Positions 54,408 to 64,000 of a stretch of 64,000 nt of DNA are shown here, in pieces (position 1 is the stretch's first letter; each line of letters starts with the position of its first letter). The position numbers and the translations under genes were made by a program. Origin of the DNA: Proteromonas lacertae (lineage: Eukaryota); assembly GCA_002245135.1 (NCBI GenBank), contig NGBS01000294.1, positions 124,001 to 188,000 on the forward strand, in the 5' to 3' direction. The notes beneath the pieces were generated by a model, which ran no database searches, was not told the origin of the DNA, and worked only from the letters and a program-made list of their open reading frames with translations.

Positions 54408-54539
54408 GATACATCAATAAAGACTAACGACTATTTTTCAGTTAGTAAATTATAACGAAAATTTCGTTTCTTTCTTTTTCTCTTTTCTCGATATGTATTT
54501 AATTTTTTGTAATTATAATTAAATAGATAAATAACAACC

Positions 54540-55420
54540 ATGTCTGTGATAAACCCAAGACAATATTCAGATATAAACAGTGACTCTGATGGTGAAATTA
54601 AATTCAACAACATGATAGATGAACTAGAAATTATCGAATGTGGTTTAGGCCGTGAAATAATTTCAAATACATGTTTAGAGTATATATAAACATCCTAATT
54701 TATGTTAATAGTCCTGTACTTGAAGAAACCCACTACTATTTTGTTCATGACAAAATTGGTGAAGGAGTATTTCGTTTGTATGAAGCAGAATCAGAAAGAT
54801 TTTTACTGTCAGCAAAGAAAAGGAAGAATGTGTTTTATATAAGTCAGTATGAAGTAATTCCAGATGATTTAATTGAAAATAATCGTTATTGTGCAATTTT
54901 GAGAGAAGATGTCAAAGGAAGTTGGAATTTATATAACATTGGCTGTGAATATTGCGATGATTACTTAAATAAATACAGTTGCAGTAGTAATAATAGTTCT
55001 AGTGATAATGAAGATAAATATACAACAAATAGACAATGTTTATTAAGGTTGAAACAATTTAATTATAATATAAAAGAGTGTTCAGTGGATGCTAGACATT
55101 TAAAAGTAGAGATTCCATTATTAAATGAAGAAAATCGTAGAGATAGTTGGTGTCCAAGGTGTCCTAAAGTAGATTCTATGAAATTAAATACTAGATTACC
55201 TATATGGAATGAAAAATTAAATAGTTTGTCAATGAATTTTCCTGGAAGTAGTGTAAGAATGAGTTCAAATAAGAATTGTGTTTTAGAGAATGAGAATAAA
55301 GAGATGTTACTACTTTTTGGCAAATACGCTCATAAAAAGTTTTCATTGAATATTTATGGTGTTTTATGTGTAATTCAAGGGTTTGGAATGTGCTTAAGCA
55401 TGTACAATTGGTTGAAGTAA
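54540..55420 (+). CDS. Tubby-like protein (tubby C-terminal domain)
   Basis: FLLSAKKRK...FYIS and LNTRLPIWNEKLNSLSMNF...RMSSNKN..L...LLFGK....FSL.....L..IQGFG.CLS match the tubby domain; one short intron. Confidence 0.8.
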
Positions 55421-55567
55421 TTTTTTTCAAAATAATTTAATTAATTATGTAATTTAGTTAATTATATCTGTATGTTTGTGTATAGGTGGAGAAAAATTCA
55501 TATATATTAACCATATCAATTTTCAATTTATATTAATTTGAATCATCCCTACAAAACAAAATAAATA

Positions 55568-56708
55568 CTATATAAAATCACATCTTATGTATTCTTTATA
55601 TTCACCTCCTAATTTACTTAAGATCACTTTATATAGAGAATTACCTGGTTTTAAGCTTTCTATAATATAATAATAATAATACATAATTTAATATACTAAA
55701 TGATGGATAAAAGAAAAATGGTTTATCTGCTGTAACTCCTAGCAAATTACCAACTTCCAACTCTCTTTTCAGTTGTTCTGGTTTAATTGTCTCATATCCA
55801 TTAAAAAATAAAGTATTTTCACTAAATTCATCATCATGAGGTAGATTTTGTCCTGAATTCCAGAAATACAATGGATCTCTATCAATTCCTTTACTTTTAA
55901 GCGAATATTTCTCATCCATTTTATCAGATAGTGCACACATTACTGGTAGACCAGATCTTGTATAATAAACTGGTGGAATATTTAATTGTTTAGAATTATA
56001 TAAACATCCACTATTATATATATATATATATATATATTAATACAGTGATATTGGAACTAATAGATAACTACTGACAGGTTTAAAATCCAATAGTAATAAC
56101 ACTGTCTGTTTTGGATATAAACTAGGATGAACTAATAATACTGTATATTTTGATAAATTCAGCTCATCAAATACTTTGAAATTAACATCAGGAAATGGAT
56201 CTTCAACTATTTATTTTGATAATATCTAAAATAAATACTATTTGAAATTGAATTATATTGATCAAATCCATTCATTTTAGATTCTGATACAATTTCAGAA
56301 AAATATCTATTTGTTTCCATTAAAAGATCAATATATTCACTATTCATTATATCATAAATATACTCATTGGAGGGATTTATTGGAAATTCACTTTTAGTAT
56401 CTTTTCCTTCTGTTTCAGATTTAATAAGTGGCATTTTATCCATCTTCACTTCATTTATTATAAAATCATATATAGACTGAGAAGGCCAATATAAATCTTT
56501 TCCTCTATGAAATATACACACATTTGAAATACTTTAAAAACAACCTCACATAATTATCAACTTTATCTTCAGTTTGAATAAGACCTATTAACGACTAATT
56601 GTTAAAATGAACTTGATTATACTTTATATGCTGGGTGATTTGTCAAATTTCTTTGGCAAATCTTAATGTTCGACGATATAATGATGTTAATAGCTTATTA
56701 GATGACAT
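55568..56708 (-). CDS. Divergent DUF179 (AlgH/YqgE-like) protein with an N-terminal LYR-like motif
   Basis: N-terminus LYRRTLRFAK; VLLVHP...TVLLLLD; FFNGYETIKPEQLKRELEVG (DUF179 FF.GY..W...QL..E); ends ILSKLGGEY...*. Short introns; indels near 56640-56652. Confidence 0.55.
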
Positions 56709-56995
56709 TCTTAAGAAATGGGTTTGTCAAGCCAGAATAAAATGATAAAGCGAATTTAGTTGATAATAAACTCATTAATGGTATAAATTATTTTAAGGAA
56801 ACATGTATAAGAGTATTTGACATTATATAATAAACATTTAGACCAAATAGAGAATTGTGTTTTTGCTAGGAACATTTAGGTTATATAACAGTAAAGTAAT
56901 TCATACATTGTAATTTTTAATGAATATGAGAGAATCAGTTCTTTTTTCGAAAATTTTTGTTTCTAAAATACTATTCGTTTCATAAAATATCTTTA

Positions 56996-58688
56996 ATGTT
57001 AGACGTTATTAAGGCACAAGAATTTCTTGAATCTGCTTCACAGGCTTTATCTTTAGCTTTCAAACAACAAGCCCCAAATTATTTAGTAAAGGACATGAAT
57101 CAGTATTTTTGTTTTTCTTATTTTGTGTAGAATTGTTTTATCTCTTGCTATAAATGATCAAGGTGGATTACTTTACAGTGAATTCTTAGAATATTTGCAC
57201 GATTACATTCAAACTATTCTTGACCAGTTGAAAGATGTGAAGTTAGAGGATTATCCTAAAGAATTTGCAAAAATCTGGCTTAATTTTGAAGAGATTGAGA
57301 AGAAAGTAAACATCATTATGAAATATGTTGTATATATATATATATATATATATTTATAATGTTGATATACATGTATAGAACATATATTACTGTAGTCGTT
57401 TCCCAGAGATTGTAGACACAAATACTGTAATGAAAACAACATTTTTGAATTATGTTTTATATACAGAGAATAGAAAAGATGTACTTGTAAATGACATGTT
57501 TATTTACATTGATAACAATCGTCATGGATTAGTAGTAGATGAAAGAAACTTCCACATTATCGGTAGAATGATTATGCAATTATTTGGAAGTGAAAATGAG
57601 AGTATTTATAAACAAGATTTTGAAACAAGATTCTTACAGACTAGTTATACATTCTATTACGATCAAAGTGTAATGCTTGAAAAATACACTTTGCAACAAT
57701 ATTTAGAAGGTGTTGAATTAATGTTTAACTTAGAAGAAGCTGAATTTGATTATTTATTACCAGAAACAAGAGACGAATTGAAGAAAATATTGATTTCTGT
57801 GTTAATAATGAAACCATGTGATCATGTATTTGAAAAGTCAAATATTGAAGATGTACACTCCAATTATTAATGAGAATAATACTTATTATTTGAGATTAAT
57901 GTATAATCTCTTCTCCAGAAGTGATGAAAGTCGTGATAAGTTAGCTAAATTATTCTGTAATCATGTAAAAGATGAATTAACACGTTTATTAGTCTTGATT
58001 AATTCAGAAAATGCTCAAAAGCCAGAATATCTTAAAGATAACATCAAGAATATGATTCAATACATAAAATATATTGATTCATTTGTTGTTGATGAGTTTC
58101 AAAACGATCATGTCTTTCAAGATGAAAAAGAAGAAGCTTTTGAAAAAGCCATTGCTGAATGTACTGTTCCAGCTAAAGGATTGGTATTATATTTAGACGA
58201 ACTTCTCTCAACAAAAGATATTTATGAAACTATTGAAGAGCCAAGATTGATTATTAAGACAGTATTTCATTTCTTTAAACTTATTAAAGACAAAGATGAA
58301 TTTTTGACTGAATATTTGAATTACTTAAAAACAAGAATTAGTGATGAAAGATACGTTAATCCAAAATTAGAAGATTATGTCATTTGGTTATTGAAAGATA
58401 AAGTTAAGACCAGAGAGTTTAGATCCAATTGAGAAGGAAAGAAATGATTATTTGGCAAAAGTACAATCAACAAATAATGAAGCTAATTCAGAAATGGAGA
58501 TTAGTTTTGATGATGATAATGATTTGTATTATAGACCATTACCTCCACCACCTGTTCCACCAAAAAGACATCCATTACCACCACCTCCATTACCACCAAA
58601 GCCAAAGAAGGAAACTGAAAAAGAAGGTGAAAAAGAAAAGCCAGAAGAACAACCAAAGAAGGAAGAAAAACCTGCTAAGAAAGAGTAA
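56996..58688 (+). CDS. Truncated cullin-like protein with a proline-rich tail
   Basis: Cullin motifs YKQDFETRFLQTSYTFY, LRLMYNLFSR, F.ND..F....EEAFEK and FKLIKDKDEF...Y..YL..R are present. The protein then ends in PLPPPPVPPKRHPLPPPPLPPKPK with no neddylation domain. +1 frameshifts near 57858 and 58420. Confidence 0.75.
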
Positions 58689-58869
58689 ATGGTTGTTGTA
58701 GAGATAAATACAAATGTATCTTATAAGCATATATTTTTATACTGTGATTAATTTCATTTTTTTTTACTCATTATTTATAATCAATAACATAAACACATAA
58801 GTTGTAAAAAATAGTATATAAACATCATCAAATCCTAATATTTGAAATCTAACTAGATAAAAGAATATT

Positions 58870-60192
58870 TTATAGGGTTTGGAGATAATTATTAAACAGT
58901 TCTTCAAAATATTCCATTGATATATCAATATTTTCATATAAATCACCACATTCTTTCTTTACTTCATTTACCATTTCATTAAATACTGTTGTTTTTCTTC
59001 CACCATTTATCTGATACATATTTGCCAATTGATACAAATTTAAACCGTAATTAACTCCCATTTTTATCCACAAAGTTGTTACTTTCAATGTTAATATAAT
59101 TTCAGGAGTTAATAAATCACCTAAATCCTTTTTTAAATTCTTAATATCTTCATCCACATTAATATTCATAACCTCAGATATTGTTTGTTGAGAAAATGGT
59201 AATTTTGACTGAGGCCATTTATACCAACACCATGATGGTTCAGATGTAATATACTCAATATTTGGGATTGAATATCCATGATCAATTGGAATCTATTGAT
59301 TATAAATAATGATAATGATAATATAAGATATATACTAAATGATTACATATTTCTTCTATATGAGAGAATGAACGAGATCTTGAACCTAAACTAAAATGAC
59401 TTTGTTGTTGTTGATATTTTACTAATTTAGACAGATTAGGAAAACTAACTGATCTTAAACTATTAGATGATGATGAATCATCCACTTGACATAACAAATT
59501 ATTCTCATGTCTATCCATATTCAATATATGCAAATCTAATATACCGATACTATGTATATCCTAATCATATATATAAGAAATGAACATATACTGAAGTAGA
59601 AAAATGAACTGGACCAAAATCTCCAGCAGTATCTTTAAAGTTTACATATTGTTGAAAAGAACCATATTTGTTTTTAAAATATCCATTATTAATATTAATA
59701 ATTATAGTTGTAGGAATAATGGAATATAAATAAGAGGCTATATATTCTCTAACATAAGCTTCACCTGATGGTATTCCATCAATTAAACCCCATTTTGACA
59801 CTTTGTTATAACCTTTTGGATTATTAACAGTACATGGTTCTTCATCAGACGGTTTAAATATTCCAATTGGATGATAATCATCATCAATGCATTTATAAGT
59901 TCCACCAGTGCAATCATGAATTAACTGAAGTGATTTTGAATTTTCAAGCTGAATATCTATTTCTTCTAGAAAAGAGTGTCAATAAATCAGAATAATTATA
60001 GGATTTTGGGTGACTATTTACATAAATAATTATTAAAAAATGAAGTATTATACCAAATGTCGAAATTAGAAAATTCAGGTTCTTCTTCACCGTTAGAAAC
60101 AATGTCCAAACCATATTCATCACATGTCATCAATATTAACTTTCTTTGGAAATACTACTGATACTGACAATCTTTTGCAATTTTGAAGTCAT
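58870..60192 (-). CDS. Type II (gamma-like) phosphatidylinositol 4-kinase
   Basis: GGTY...GIFKPSDEEP...NNPKG, GEAYVREYIASYL, GSFQQYV, GILDLHILNMDRHENNLL and PIDHGYSIP are PI4K type II motifs; several short introns. Confidence 0.85.
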
Positions 60193-60394
60193 TGTTTATA
60201 TTTTCTATGAAATAACAAAATAAATTATACTAGTGTGTTTAACCCTCCAAAAGAGATTAAGTAAACTAGAAATTATTTAAATGAGCAGTATTGATTAAAG
60301 AGTAGTTTTTAAAAAACGGATTTTTTCAAAAACTTGGTTTGAACAAAGCTTGACTTATAAAATTTTAATATCTTTCTCTATTTAATTATCCTGT

Positions 60395-63179
60395 ATGTCT
60401 GCACCTCCCAAATGTATTTTTTGCTTACTCTCATATATCATAGCAAAAGCTAAAGAACCAACAAAGTGGTCAGAAGTAGTAATTGAAGATGATGAGGATG
60501 ATGAAGACCCATTATCTGTATAAATATGAAATTTATATCTAGACTGTTCTACAAACTGCAGCAGCAAATGCATCACAAGCATCTGCTAAAGATCCCTTAT
60601 TAGTACTTCCAAAGTATTTTATAGAATTATAATATTATTTATAGAGAAGTGTATACTTCTAAAGTCCAACAAGGTAATCAAAAACTGAGAAGAACAGCTG
60701 CCAATGATCCAGATCAAGATTTATCAGACTATAGTTTGTCTTTACAACAAGATAATTTCTATGCTCCACTATTTTTAGCATATGTTCATGATGACACTTC
60801 CTTATTTGATTTAAAGCGTGGTATTGAGTATTTTTTTAATAATCATATTTATTTTAACATCTATTATCAAATAGAAATTTAAAACAAGATTCTTACGATC
60901 AAGCTGCACAAATGAAGAAATTAGTGAAGGAACATTTCGAACAATTTGTTCAATGTCGAGATTCAGTTGAATCTGTAGGAACATTAACTACCGAAACATC
61001 CATATGGCCAGTACCACCCAATGACAATTACAAAGGTGGAAAAATCAAAGCAGAGAAATATTTGGATGCAGCAAAAGAAGAAAGTGAAGCATTATTCACT
61101 CCAGTGTTAAAACAAAATCAAGAAGTAAAATCCTTAAAATTCGCTCAACATATATTAGACAGATACAATTATGTATTTAACCTACCAGATCAATTAAAAC
61201 AATATTTAAGACAGAAAGAATATGAAGCAATAGTGAGAGAGTATTTGAGAGTAAAATCAACAATTAAAGATAATGAATTATCAGTGGTAGTGAAAGGAAT
61301 GGAAGAAGTAGAAATCATAATACAACAATTACGTGAAGTATTATTAAAGCAATTAGAAAGAATTGATAGACCAGTAGGAGAAATGCAAAGAGCAGTTGAA
61401 TTATTACAGGAAATAGGATGTGAAGAAGATCCATTAAATTATTTGTTGAATGTTAGAAAACAATATGTTATAACGCAGTTAGAGAATTGTTCAATTCAAT
61501 ATGCATCATTAAGTGGAAGTGGTACTATCAATGTAGGAGGAGATAGTAAAAGTAAAGTAAAGATAAGTCGTGTTTATATGGATAAAGGAAGTGAAATATT
61601 GTTAAAACATTTGTTTGATTTGTGGGAATTGTCAGTTAGATGTATTGATGAAGAAAATTTAAGTAAATTTACAGTAAAAGATGGTGATAAATGTATAGGA
61701 GAAGTGATCTATGAATATTTAAAGTTGATTAAATATTTATTAGTTGGAGACAATAGTGATGATGCATTTAATGAAGGTAATGGTGGTGATGATGATGATG
61801 AAGAAGAGTTAGAATTTGAAGTTGAATCATCTGAGAATATGTCATTGAAAGATATAAGATATGCATTAACTACAATGGGAAAATTGATTGATAGTATTAT
61901 TTCTACATCAGAAGTATATATATATATATAATATCAATAATTAATATTATATTTTTGTATAGAAACATTTTCAAAGAGATGAAAAGAAACATAAAGTTGA
62001 TCCATTTGATATAATTGTATAATATAATATATATATATATATATATATAGAAATATGGTATTGAAAAAGTAAATTCATTTTATCAAAAAGTCTATTCATC
62101 TTATTCATATTTATTATTCCAGGATACTGAAAACTGTATAATAATATATAATATATAATATATAGTTACGAGTGATTTATTAATGTCTGAAAAATGGGAA
62201 GTAGTAAGTCCAGATAATGTAATTGATATATACAATATAACTATATTACCACAACAATTCGAAATACAAATCAATAAAGCACTAAAACAAATAGATTCTG
62301 TATGTAGAGATGAACATCATAATCATACTAAAGGATTTGTTAGTTGTTTTGAAGTGTTTTGTGATAATATTGATATATTAACACCACAAGAGACTGTTAT
62401 TGAAGATTTAGATGAATTAGATGGTAATTCGTTACTTGTATAAATATTATTTTTATTAATTATATATATTTATATAGTTGAAACGAAATGCAAAGAATGT
62501 AACATCTGATTTACGTTTATTATTATTAATTTCTGATATTAATTATACAAAAGAACATATCATTCCAACAATAACAATGAATTACGAATTACAAGAAGAA
62601 GAAGTGAATAATATATTCAGAAAATTAAATGAATTAATGAAAAATCTAATCAATGATTATGTTGATAAAAAGAAACATATTATTGAAGAGTTATTACAGA
62701 ATTTTAACTCTGATATAACTTGGACAGATGAATCAGATCCAGAAATGATTAGAGATTATGTGTTAGAGATATTTTTACAAATGATTGTTATTGATAATGA
62801 AATAATAGAAACTATAGGTGATTTTGAATCTCAAGATTTTACAGATGGAATGAAGTTTAGTGATTTTATATTTACAATATTATTGGATTTGTTATTTAAC
62901 TTTTATAAAGTAGAAATACCCAAAATTAGTACTTTTAGTTCATCTACACATGTTGAAGTTGTTTTAGAGTTGAAATTTATGTCTAAAATATATGAAAAAT
63001 ATATGTCACAGAAGTTTAAAGATATTGTTAAAGACTGTATTAGTCATATTGAGAAACATACTTATCAAGGAAGTAAACCACTAAATACATTACCTGAAAA
63101 TAGTAAATCATTGTTGGAGGAGTTGTTACAATTCTCTTTAGCAAGGACTATACTTTATACCACCTGTTTTTCTAGTTGA
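60395..63179 (+). CDS. SEC5: Exocyst complex component Sec5/EXOC2
   Basis: DPL motif; F.APLFLAYVH.DTS..DLKRG..NL; MKKLVKEHFEQFVQCRDSV; RYNYVFNLP..L...EYEAIVREYLR; DPLNYLL; IRDYVLEIFLQM. These are Sec5-family features; multi-exon. Confidence 0.85.
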
Positions 63180-64000
63180 TTAATATATAATATATAATTG
63201 TATTGTTTATTTTTTTATACGTTAATGACTAAAGCAAATTAATAAAAGAAATACATTTTTAGGTTATAAATAATCGGTTTTCATGTGTTGAAATGATTAT
63301 TTCAAAAGCAGCTTAATATGCTTTAGCCAAACCGACATGTACCTGTAATTATTAGCTGACCTTTAGTTATATACATATAAAAGCAAGGTATAGCAAAGCT
63401 CATAATATAATTTTCAAGCTTTATATACCATTCTTTAAAAACCCCATTTGACGTAATGATTTATTCACTTTCTTTATTTTGTAAATCAGATTTTTATGCT
63501 CAATGATGATTAATACTATTATAAAATGAGTAGAGCATAATGTATGCTGAATATAAGAATTGACTTTGAGAAAAAAAGAAGAGTATATCTTGAATTATTT
63601 TCCATTTAGCAAATAGAGTGAAATAACATTTACATATATGTCATATAAAAATATCGCTATAAAAAAGTAATAAACCTTGCTGCTGGTAAATTAGAGAAAT
63701 TGGATTTTAAACTTCGATAAGAAGTATTGGAATAATGTTTATAAAATTAAAGAGTAATTTATGTGTATGATTACTTTAAGGTGATAAATACACCTAAAAT
63801 AACAAAAATGAAAAAGCGTTATAATTACATAAGAGTCATGAAACAGAAAAATTAATATTAGATTTTGGAAACGATATATTATTCAATGCAACATACATTC
63901 ATCCAATGAATCCTATAGAAAATGTGTTTTCTTTTTGCAGAAACAGTACAATATTTGAATTGAGAACAAGTTTTACACAAAATAGCTGAATTAGTCAAAA

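Noticed and set aside
63300..64000. Possible gene or pseudogene at the right edge
   Set aside because: No ORF of 60 aa or more and no recognisable motif; it cannot be supported from the sequence alone.

Overview
Very AT-rich (roughly 20-25% GC by eye), gene-dense eukaryotic nuclear DNA with about 26 protein-coding genes. Most are split by tiny GT-AG introns of about 26-40 nt. Intron size, exact TGTTTGTT motifs downstream of several stop codons, and a mastigoneme-type EGF protein point to a Blastocystis-like stramenopile (inference). Recognisable genes include a chromodomain fragment, four adjacent EF-hand paralogs, a giant secreted mastigoneme/SIG-like EGF protein, an (ankyrin-FN3)x3-SAM protein, an Sfi1-like protein, RBM25-like, BACK-LRR, TMEM181/Wntless-like, makorin, a CH-domain protein, tubby-like, DUF179, a truncated cullin, type II PI4K and Sec5. 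The most unusual block is 26.2-35.0 kb. Two near-identical BTB-Ig-SPRY genes form ~2.2 kb inverted repeats. They enclose a plant-type two-domain phosphoethanolamine methyltransferase (with a G-to-D change in SAM motif I of domain 2), an orphan ORF, and a 1160 bp hAT transposon with TIRs and a perfect 8 bp TSD. Many genes carry single extra-base frameshifts, most likely long-read consensus errors. No rRNA, tRNA or CRISPR was recognised.
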